From the NCBI RefSeq assembly GCF_964204645.1, contig NC_134026.1, forward strand, positions 6,595,950 through 6,659,949: a stretch of 64,000 bases of DNA, given 5' to 3'. Of the stretch, positions 14,782 through 25,043 are shown in pieces. Each line of letters starts with the position of its first letter. The first letter of the stretch is position 1. The position numbers and the translations under genes are program-made. The DNA comes from Tubulanus polymorphus (lineage: Eukaryota; Animalia; Nemertea). The notes beneath the pieces were generated by a model. That model made no database searches and was not told the DNA's origin. It worked only from the letters and a program-made list of their open reading frames with translations.

Positions 14782-15886
14782 TCAAGCATGCACGGAATAT
14801 TCGAGCCGGTGATTTTTAAAACAGTGCTGCAAACTCAAATACAATACCAGAATTAAAATAATTATTTGCATCACCAAATTGGCGATGGTGAACCCGTTGA
14901 GGTTTTCACACTTTCCATCAGGGGGACAGCGGTATTTCCCTGGTTTTTTAGTCATGTTTCCTTCGTATTTCGTGGTCTACAAAAATAACCCAAATACAAT
15001 ATTACACACTAGAGCGGCCATCGTGGTTCACGCGAGATTTTGATCGCAAGAGATTTTGGTCAAAAACTCAGTCATGACCATTTTGACCAAGTAATGATAT
15101 AATGGCATATAATCCAACATGGCCGTCAGTGACGTCATATCCAGTCTTCGTTCTGATTGGTCAATACTCACCTCGTTCATGATTATTTGAAATATCTGAC
15201 GAATGGCATCATCAGACAGCGGGCCTTCGTTCTTCTTAACGATCTTATCGAGGACGATTTTCTCTCTAGCCGGGTCGTAAATCGGACGTTTGTTTTTTAT
15301 CTTCCATTTTGCGACATGACCGGCTACGATTGTTCTTTGATTAACGGCTTCAAGAATTACATCGGTGAAAACATCTATATCTTGCCGATAGCAGTCCAGG
15401 TTTTTGTCATCTATTGAGCACGCTCCTGTGTTCCTGAGTCAGAAATAGATGGGTAGACTTAACTAAAATCTGTGGAACTGGGTCCCGAGTTCGCAAGAAT
15501 TTCACAAAATAACGAAGGCCAGATTTACGGACTGGTAGCATCTTAAACCAGAGGTGGAAATACGTCAAACTCTTTTGAATTGCGGGGCGTTTAACGGACG
15601 ACTTAGAAAGTTTCCTTAAAGTTGTAGTTCATATTTCCGTGTTATCATGACTATGTATGAGACTTTGTCGTTCTGCGAGAACAATGACAGAGCGAGCAAG
15701 TAACAGTACGCAATCAGTAGGTGTTCAATTCATAGTCAATCAAATAGTTAACCCCATTTAAAACGAGTCTCATGCTCTATAAATCCTGCCCCGCCGGGAT
15801 TCGGTTTTTACTTACTTGCATTCGCTTGCAGATATAGTTTCACATAATACAGAAATCAGAAGAATTGATACAACCTCGACGAGCAT
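14782..15886 (-). CDS. aroQ: Signal-peptide-bearing, membrane-anchored AroQ-class (CM_2) chorismate mutase-like protein, 3 exons, 175 aa
   Basis: Exons 15886-15816, 15433-15172 and 14976-14782, all GT-AG and phase-compatible (2, then 0). Translation: MLVEVVSILLISVLCETISASECKNTGACSIDDKNLDCYRQDIDVFTDVILEAVNQRTIVAGHVAKWKIKNKRPIYDPAREKIVLDKIVKKNEGPLSDDAIRQIFQIIMNETTKYEGNMTKKPGKYRCPPDGKCENLNGFTIANLVMQIIILILVLYLSLQHCFKNHRLEYSVHA*. The spacing R-x16-R-x10-K-x8-D-x2-RE matches E. coli PheA chorismate mutase R11/R28/K39/D48/R51/E52 without gaps. Confidence 0.9.
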
Positions 15887-16592
15887 TATGGCTGCGTGTA
15901 GCCCCGCTATATCACAGTACAGTATAGAACAGTACCAGTACTGCTGTTAATCGATTTTAACGATACGAAAATAACTCCGGAATTTCCACTGACATGGTTT
16001 GATAACCACTACGTATACATTCAACAATTATAACTGACCTTTCAAATAGACTTATTCCTTTGACCGTAATGGATACACGAATAAACACAGTTAATAATCG
16101 GTGAAAATGCCACGTTAGAATTTTATTAGATTTTTTCGATTATTTCAGTGCAAAAAAATTAAAAAGGAATTTAATTTCAATAAAAATGAAAATTCCAATT
16201 CAGTTGATCCATTTTTTCTAAAGTTCTAAAATCGAGGTACGAGAATAGGTTTAAAAATTAGGAGATAAACATGTTTATTGCTATTTACCGAGACGAGCGA
16301 AAAACCAGTTTTAAAAGAGACGACGAAAAATATATCGGGCGGCATTCGACAATAGAAAGCCATATACGTATAAATTACAGTTAAAAATCAGGTGGAGCTC
16401 GCATATAATGAGTTGGTCTAATTGAGAATCAGTAAACCGTGTCGTTTGATATAATACTCTACATTCAGTACTGTTGTTAACAGGACGTTTACGAGTCTAT
16501 AACGTTATTAACGGTCGGAGACATTCAATGCCAATCTAACCTCTTCAAATTCAAGTTGAGTGTTTCGCAAACAGAATCCGACAAACAGAACG
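15887..16592. promoter_or_regulatory. Probable bidirectional promoter region between the chorismate mutase-like gene (-) and the next gene (+)
   Basis: Head-to-head ATGs about 700 bp apart (15886 on -, 16593 on +). No individual element was verified. Confidence 0.4.
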
Positions 16593-19500
16593 ATGGCTTT
16601 GGACTTCAGAGCTAAAACCTACCGTCCGTTAAATCGGTATGATACAAGATTAAAGTAAGTGTCTCCGATCAGAAAGTAATACATGTTTCTAGATTTTCGT
16701 AGTGAAGATATGCTTATTGGCGACATGTTACTGTGTGCGAATAGAAAAAATACATGTCGCGAAAAGGATTAGTTAATAGTTAGTCTAAAAACGATGGATC
16801 GAAATCAAATTATATGTATCAAATTATTGAATGATCCCAATGATTCGAAATTTCATTGACTTCTTCACGATTTTAGACAATTCAAGTAAAACTTGTTGAG
16901 CTTTGTAGTTAAGGTACCCAGTTCAACAACAGTGTTGATCGAACATGGCAGACGAACAGAATTGAACTTTAAAAGTCAAACTTAACAACCGAGAACACTG
17001 TAGAACTGAGTTCTGAAAATTAAATGATATAGTGGCGCAGAGCCATGACTTGAGACTATCATAGTTCTAGACCCAATCTTACGATTAAGACCAGTCTAAG
17101 CTCATTTTGGTTCCATCATAACCAATCTAACAACTTAAGACTAGTCTTGGTTCTATAGTCAATCAAACGACTTCAGACACGATCTTAAGATTTAACACCA
17201 CTTTTGGCCTTATGTCACGACTGCGCAACTGTACTCAGGGGCCTTAACATTCCATGCAGTATATATTTCCGGTATATATTAGCCTTGTACGAAACGGACC
17301 TACGATTACGTATTATCGAATCCGGACTTTGTGCGACGTCTAGATCCGTACAATCAACCTTACCTCACGATTACGCATTATCGAATCCGGACTTTGTGCG
17401 ACGTCTAGATCCGTACAATCAACCTTACAAACAAATACATGTTTATAGTTATCGTCAGCTATCATTCATATCGAAATCATTCATCATTTCATGAAAATGA
17501 TTAATTTCCTATAACATAAATCAACGAAATATTAATCTTACAGTAGCTATGAATGTACAAGTAGAATAGCCCGTATACACTCAGAGACATGGTACATGAT
17601 TACTATGATGAGAAAAATCCGACCATGCACCCATTTAAAAGATTAAAACCAGAATCTGTTATTCAAAAACGAACATTAAAAATGGAGCACAGAGAGAGAG
17701 TTCGAAACGTCGAGTCCTCCGTTTTTTATTTGAAATTTTTGATAAACGAATTCTGCTTCTTATCTTTTAAAAGTCGGTTTTGAACGAATTTCATTTCAGT
17801 ACTTCATACGGTAAGATGACGACTTGGTACCGAGCCCGAAATCAACTGAGCGATCCTGACAGAGATATGATCAGAAACAACATCGTACTTCCCACTATTC
17901 CAAACAGCCCTATGAAACCAGAACTGAATCATATTCCGAATCCGCTGAAAGTGAAAGTATCCGGCGGAAATTTCTACATCCCGCGACCGTTTACATTACC
18001 GGATCAGGGTGCCCGTCCCCCTTATGCCGCTAGTGACTGCGATCTAACCGCTAGTCTCTATAAAACATACGAGGCTAATTTCCAACCAGGAAAAGTAAGT
18101 CTGAAAAAAAATATTATCAAAATGTTATTATCGAGAAAATTAATTCTTACTCTTTATAATAATAAATTTTTGGAATTAGAAAACAAGACCCTATTAGGCA
18201 GGTTGCAGTTTGCACAGTTCCGAGTTATGATTTAACTCATCGAAAATGAACTAATTCTAATTCGAGTTCAGAGTTAACTCTAACTCACAACTGTGGAACT
18301 GGGTCCTGAGTTCAGAGTTAACTCTAACTCACAACTACATGGAACTGGATCGAGCCATAGCTCAGAATTAACTCTAACTCACAACTATGGAACGCCAGAA
18401 TCGATTGAATTGAGCCAATTAATTCTACGTCACAGATTGGTTATGTTATTATTTTTAGAAATCGGATGCAGTTCACTTGCAGTACTACAGATCCGGGGGT
18501 TACGATGATTTTCATAAGGCTTTTCTTACTCATAAACTCAACAGACAAAAACCATCGGAAATGGTCGCGCCGTACGGACCCGCTCAGTAAGATCTATATA
18601 TAGTAACGGTTTTGAAATATGGAAAACATCAAGCAAATTGAGTGACATACATGCGCGCATGGTTTAAGCGGTATAGATAGTATATTGTTGTGTCCCTAGG
18701 GGCCGGTTCAAAAGTCGAGACTTAAGTCCCAAAAAGTCCCTTAAATCTTGAGACTGGTCTTGAATTGTTAGATTGGTTATAGAACTCAGATGTTCTCGAA
18801 TTGGTTTTAAACCTAAGACGGAACCAGCCCCCAGGATTGTTCTGGGGGTCAAATTCTTCTTTAAAAAGGGCCGAATCCACAAGGCTTTTCCTAAGGGCAT
18901 CCCGGGGCTAAATCTTAGAACGGGTGGTATGATTTAAAAGGTAAAGAAATATATTTCATTATTTCAAAAATGCCACCTATGGCTGAAATGTTGACTTAAA
19001 TGTTGACTCGCGTTAGGCGAGGGGGTGTTTGTTCATCGTCGGGGGTTGACTGTATGTCTGAAGAATAGTTCACATACACCCCCATAAATAACAAATTGAA
19101 TATTTCCATCTCTCGAATTTCATACTCAAAACAATAGTCGACATCATCTCGTGTTTATTCCCGAATAATTTATTGACGACAAATTCACGTTCGTTCTAAA
19201 CGTCCGATTACGCAGGAAATAGTTGTATAAATCAAATTTCAGGACGCGAAATGGCAATGTCGGCAGTAACTGGAGACATATCAAATCAATCAACGAAGCT
19301 CGTGGAATACGTAACGCATTTATTGATGGTAAATGCAAAAAGAAAAGAGTTTGTAATTGATAAACACCTGATGAAGCTACTATACACCAGTATATAGCGA
19401 AATCTCGTGCGTCTAATAAACAAGTTAACCTAGTACTTAAGTACTACTATAATACCTTAAGTACTATTTGCTCGTTTCGTTGTAATGATATAGATATCAA

Positions 19501-20754
19501 CCTGAAGCCTGCAACTACAAGCACTTCTTTACCATTTAACAGTCTGAAAAATGCCTAATGTCTGGTGTCCGTAGTTCATTTTCAATCATAAATGTCTCGC
19601 GCGAAGTTCTGAACACATGTGAAGTTTAGATGATTAAATATTAAAAGAATGGTGATAATGTAATCGAATGTCTGGGGAGCAGGTCCGGGCTGATGGGAAG
19701 CAGGGTCCAGGTGGAGGGTTCTTGGCTAACCATTAATGTTTAACTTGATTATTCAAATTTCGCTTTAAGGTCAAGTAAGTCTCGATGATCTGTACAGAAT
19801 GGACAAAGAAGAAAGTAAACTATCACCACAGATCAATAAGCGGCCTCCAATGACTAAAAGAGTCATAAAATCGCGTAAGTTGAAACTGTCGGCCCCAATA
19901 ATGGTTCCCATTAGTTAATGACAGTAACTGTAAAGTGTTAATCTAAAACTTTCACCTGACAATCAACGATATTACGGTGAACAGTGTGTGATCTCAATGA
20001 CCAGCGACTTCCTCAATAATGACACATACAGTCGCTTTAGATTAAAATAGGACACATACTCAGTGTGACTCCCATTGGCTATCAATGACTTTTATCCCTG
20101 CTGGATGGTGTGCAATTTTCCCAAATATTACTAAATGGAGGCTGGGGATTTACAATAAATCGAATACAATTTGGTTTATGATAATGTACCTGCTGATGTC
20201 TCCGTTCCACTCAAGATTTTAATCATCCCGTGAGACCAATAGCGAATTGATAGAGATTTTAGTCATAGGGCTTTTGTATCCCGCCATAAAAGCGATAACA
20301 ATGTGAATCTGATTCCCTTGAGTGTGGACAGTTTATTGATACGAACGCCTCAAGATCATATATCCCCCTCATGAGGTGGGGTGATATACCCTCGTCAGGT
20401 GAGGGGATATCCCTACATCGGATGAGGTGATATCCCTTCCTCAGGTGAGGTGATATCCCCTCATCAGGTGAGGTAGTCTCACCTCGTCAAATGAGGAGAT
20501 ATTTCCCTCATTAGGTGAGGTGATCCCCTCATCGGATGAGGGGATATCCACTTATGTGAATCAAATGTGAACATAAATCTAATCCTTTGATTCACACGTA
20601 TTTCAACTGCTGATTTGAAAATAGAATTTAATATGTTGATCGTCGATGATGATGATGAGAGGCTTCGATAGTTTCTGTATGCTGTTTTTCAGTGGATAAC
20701 GATCTTGATGCGATTCAAGCCATAGAAAAACGTAACTGGTATCTGGTTCGCTGA
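16593..20754 (+). CDS. Uncharacterised multi-exon protein (Pro/Tyr/Arg-rich; possibly ciliary or sperm-associated)
   Basis: Phase-compatible GT-AG exons at about 16593-16654, 17544-17591, 17800-18094, 18459-18586, 19243-19328, 19770-19874 and 20693-20754, reading MALDFRAKTYRPLNRYDTRLNSYECTSRIARIHSETCTSYGKMTTWY...EKRNWYLVR*. No recognisable domain. Confidence 0.65.
17298..17428 (+). repeat. Near-perfect tandem duplication, about 62 bp x2
   Basis: acgattacg(t/c)attatcgaatccggactttgtgcgacgtctagatccgtacaatcaaccttac occurs twice. Confidence 0.9.
18200..18420. repeat. Dispersed MITE-like family with end motif (a)actgtggaactgggtcc and internal gagttaactctaactcacaact units
   Basis: The same end motif or its reverse complement occurs near 4325, 15470, 16915, 17000, 18290 and 21603. 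Confidence 0.6.
18699..18831. mobile_element. Small MITE (ggggccggttc...gaaccagcccc)
   Basis: Imperfect terminal inverted repeats enclosing ttaagac/gtcttaa-type internal motifs. Confidence 0.5.
20358..20550. repeat. Minisatellite, about 23-bp partly palindromic unit (atcccctcatcaggtgaggtgat), about 8 copies
   Basis: Directly visible diverged tandem units. Confidence 0.85.
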
Positions 20755-23700
20755 TTCATCAGATCTCAACTCGTCGTACGTGTCTCGATTAGGTTTATGA
20801 AAACGACGAAGTTCATTTTCTAGATTATCCAGACTTCATGGAAAAAAAATTGTTTTTGTCGTGAAAAATTTTTCGAGGAATGCACCTTTGTCATAAGGCA
20901 AAAAAATATCTCAGTCAAATTCGTCATAAACGGATAAAACAATATCAAAAGCGATGGCAATGATTCAATTTCCATCAATTCAACAGAAAAGAATCTAAAA
21001 TGTGACGCTATTCAATGATATGTTGAGTAAGTGCTTTATATACGTATATCTATTCTATAAAACGCTTTAGAAAATGTGAAAATGTATGTTTTTGTTTTGT
21101 CTCGTTTGTGTTGAAATACATTTATCAATCATTTGTGTTTAAGTATATCTTTCAATTCAGTTTCGAGGAAAAACACTTTGATCCAAGCCGTCCAGCACTT
21201 TCTATTCAGAACGTCTAGTTCTATGATGGACTCTAAAAACGAACTCTGATTCGCTTCAGGGTCCAAGCGGCCATATTGGATCGCGCGCGAGTTCAGTGAG
21301 AATATACGAGATCTGGGTGAACGGTTTGTGTTCACCAGGTTCTGTAGTCGTATTCACTTGAGGTTGTGAGCGGCTGACCCAATAAATTCAAAATAACGTC
21401 ACTAAAATTCAGCCTCCCTCGGCAAGGATTCGAACCCTGTATCATCGAGACTACCACGGTCGTGGTCGAGTCCAGCACTGCCGAAGGGAGATGTCTTGTG
21501 CTACTGCTGTTCATGTTCTTCACCCGCCACTTTCTTGCATTGCCTTGCTAGAGATGTAATGCGAGTTGAAATGAGTTCCATTTTAGATATCTCCAACTAA
21601 GAACTGTGGAACTGGGTCCGCAATTTGCTTTTCACCGATTCAATGTAACATCGCTGATCACCGCGACACACGATAGAAACATTGAATTGAAATTGATGAC
21701 TGATTTGTCAATCTCTCATTCACACTTTCTGCAATTATTTCTACGGTTATCGACGTATTTTTCGATCAGTTTATTGAGACGATCTTTTTCGATGTCTATA
21801 ATCGGAAACTTTCTCTCCATTCTATCTATGAATCGGTCGTAATCTTTATGTAAATATCGATTCCATTCACCGCTTAGAAATCGACAGGAAAAAAACGACC
21901 AAAGCAAGAAGCAATTATCGAAATCACGTCCGACAACTTCGTGAGATGAAATTACACGCGTTGTAGAGTCTGTAGATTCTAAGATCATAATATTCACGGC
22001 TCAATTACTGAATGTTCTCCCTTTTCAGTAACTCCTATATTCCCCCGGTTGGTGGGTATATTCACTAAATTCCATCCCCTAATGACCACCCCATCCCCCA
22101 TGATATCCGGTGGCGGGGGCGAACAGCGACCAAAACACGGCTATACGCGTTAGTTCAAACAACGGTCAGATCATAATCGGCATGAACTAAAATCGTCACC
22201 GTCGTTTTGAAGATAAATCCTGGTATTCAACAAGGATATTTAAGCGTAGAAATCAAAGCAAAAGCTGTCTCTTCATCCCGTTCATCCGTTCTCCCAAGCA
22301 ATGACGTACGTATAAACTGTGGGGCTTAGTAACAACTAAGAACACGGTAACAGATTCACCAAAAAGCCCCGATTAACTACGAGTTTCCTTTTACTACTGA
22401 AAATATCAATTAAGAGTTGTTCAAGTCATGTGTTTATCAATCCCTAGTCATTTCCCGAATGAGCGGACTCGACTGTAGGATTACATGATGACAGAATACA
22501 CGTGATAATTACTGGTTCTGTCTGCGATTTATGACGGACGAATGGGTGACTCTTTTTCGTAGAAAAGGGTTGGTAGAATTCAGTCCAAATCCATTATGAA
22601 CCCTTTCGTACCCGAGACATCCTATTTAATATTCCGTGTGTCATAATGTGTTGTTTGTGGAGAAATGCGTGTGTGTATATTTCAGACGTTTTAGAGTTAG
22701 GCTTTGAAAAATTATCTCAGTCGAGAGGATTGCTCGTAGGGTTTTCGGGTTTACGGGTTGGTTTAGGACAAGGATGAGGGTAGAATTGACATAAGATTTA
22801 AAGATTGGGCTATAATTAGTATTCGGCTATAATTTGGGCTATTATTCGTACGGTGTGGCCTTCGTGCCTCAGTGGTTAGCGTTACACTTAGACTAGCATT
22901 AAACGGGTTTCGAACTCCGGATTTATCTGGGTTTTTTTTCATTGGAAAACTGATATTTTAATGAATACTGTAACGTTTTTCTCTTCAAATATACATACTT
23001 TCCTTAAGCGAGGTAAAACCATCATCTCAACGAATATGATCTGGCTATAAACATATCTCATGAACTTGTATATAATAAATGTATTCAATCAAATACGGTT
23101 TCTGCTTCTGGGGCCTTCGTGAAGTCAAGCCCGCGATGATGTAACTGTCTCCTCGAATTCGTCGGTCGTGGTAAAAGACTGATCCGATCCTCCTGAGTTC
23201 TTGAGCGTGTAACACTTAAAACATAAGCGCTGAGGAACTGGGAAAAATGAGCTGAAACACGTAAGATGAGACATTTTCTATCACAGCGCGGTATGTCGTA
23301 TTTCATTAGTCGCAGTGACAAAAATCAAGCCTAATTCGATCATCCATTTATGACGCACTACAGGAAGTTTCTAGAATGTTCTAGAATGACAGAGCCTGAC
23401 GCTATCATCGGCGAACTCCGCAAATTAGCTTCTTGCACAAATTAGTTTCCAGGCGGTTGCTATGAAGCGGGAAATCAGCGGGAGCTCAACAGGCACCCGG
23501 CTGCATTAATGACAGGACTGAGGCACAAAAATCGGAAATTGATTGCGGAATGAGTATGGAGCTATATGAGCCCCTGCATCGAGTAAAAATGGAATCAACA
23601 ATTTATCTATAGGTGAACACAATAATCTATTTCATCTACACAACACATTGAACTTCAAATCTAAATAAGAAATAATCGAATATGTTTGTATCAACTCAGA

Positions 23701-23936
23701 TTTAACATTTTCATGAGCAATCATTTTTTCTCATTTTCGTATCTTTTTCTGTTCTTCACAGCCATTATTTTCGTGTTACACAAGTTTACCTAACACTTCA
23801 CACGCGGACCACAAGTGCAGAGATCATTTCTGACGGTTTTATCGACAGTTTCTGACAGGGAAAGAATACCTTTATGACAAGTGCAGTGCCTGACAACTAC
23901 TGCGTCATTGACGGGATATAGAAATTTCTGAATTGA

Positions 23937-25043
23937 TTACATCGACGATATTTTATAGATATCTATAACCGACCCGTTCTCCGGCGTATTACTAGTACTG
24001 GGTGTTTTAGCTACAGACCGTTTCGAGACGATCGAAGCATTTTCCTGATCCGAATAGTCACGGCTGTTCATTCCCGTCGAATCTCGCGTGAACAAACGCT
24101 TCAAATCGCGACGAAAACTCTTCCCGCCCCCGATACAATAGAGATAGAAATTAACGGCGCAATTCGCGTACCATAACTTGTGACAAATGGCGTAGACGAA
24201 CTGACTTATCACCTCGGAATCGATGTTTTTGTTAAGTGGGTAAACAGTCTCTACGAATCTATAAACGCGTATCGGAACATTCAGCGCAATATACGCGGCT
24301 GAGACTAACAACAGCATTTTCGTCAATTGGTTTTTTTCCGATTTTTCGCGAATGTCGTTTTTAACCGATACAGTTCGAGGGCCGGTGATTTTTTTCATTT
24401 CGGCTTTCGTACGCGAATAGATCGATAGGATCAGCGCGTTTAACACGGTCAAAGCGATTATCGGCAACAAACCGTGAAACGCCAGATCGAATATACTCAT
24501 GAATTTATCGAACACGGGACTGTAACCGGTGCGGCGGCAAACGGTACGATTAGTTTTCGGCGATAAAGCGACGGTCATAGTAAACAACGGATAAATATTG
24601 AGCCCTATGACTATTGTACCGATCAGAGCGATGGCGAGAGCCGCCCTTTTTGTTGTACAGTATCTGGCGACTTTAAAAGTCCATCGGACGGCCACGTATC
24701 GATCCGCTGTCATACCGACAACCAACCACGACGAATAGTTTATAAAAGCGTACATTATAAAAGTAAAACCGCGACAAACCTGATCCGTCAGCCAGTTCTT
24801 TAGGAAATTGAAATACATCCAGTAACTGGAAAGCGGGAATATCAGTATGATCGAATCTACGACCGCTAGGGCGGCCATATAGACGGTCGTCGATGAAGTG
24901 CGCTTGCCTCGTAAGCGACGGATCATAATCGCGAAACTTAAAACGTTGCCGATCAATCCGGAAATCACGACGAACGGCGGAATGTACAGGTCAATTATTC
25001 CGATTCCGTTTTTTAGTGCGCGATACGTGTTCTCATTCATCAT
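23937..25043 (-). CDS. Intronless class A (rhodopsin-like) GPCR, FMRFamide/sex-peptide receptor-like
   Basis: Seven hydrophobic segments; GN in TM1, LAxxD in TM2, DRY in TM3, NFYLY in TM7. First in-frame ATG is at 25043; the ORF track starts at a GTG at 25106. Confidence 0.9.
   Translation of the reverse strand: MMNENTYRALKNGIGIIDLYIPPFVVISGLIGNVLSFAIMIRRLRGKRTSSTTVYMAALAVVDSIILIFPLSSYWMYFNFLKNWLTDQVCRGFTFIMYAFINYSSWLVVGMTADRYVAVRWTFKVARYCTTKRAALAIALIGTIVIGLNIYPLFTMTVALSPKTNRTVCRRTGYSPVFDKFMSIFDLAFHGLLPIIALTVLNALILSIYSRTKAEMKKITGPRTVSVKNDIREKSEKNQLTKMLLLVSAAYIALNVPIRVYRFVETVYPLNKNIDSEVISQFVYAICHKLWYANCAVNFYLYCIGGGKSFRRDLKRLFTRDSTGMNSRDYSDQENASIVSKRSVAKTPSTSNTPENGSVIDIYKISSM

Noticed and set aside
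15157-15417. Plus-strand 86-aa ORF in the track
   Set aside because: It is the antisense shadow of exon 2 of the chorismate mutase-like gene; the minus strand has the motifs and splice sites.
14782-15886. Bacterial contamination as the source of the chorismate mutase sequence
   Set aside because: It has two spliceosomal introns, a host repeat in intron 1, host-like base composition and animal genes on both sides.
20358-20550. CRISPR-like array (also considered for 56748-56900 and 47633-47705)
   Set aside because: No unique spacers, no cas genes and a eukaryotic context; these are simple tandem repeats.
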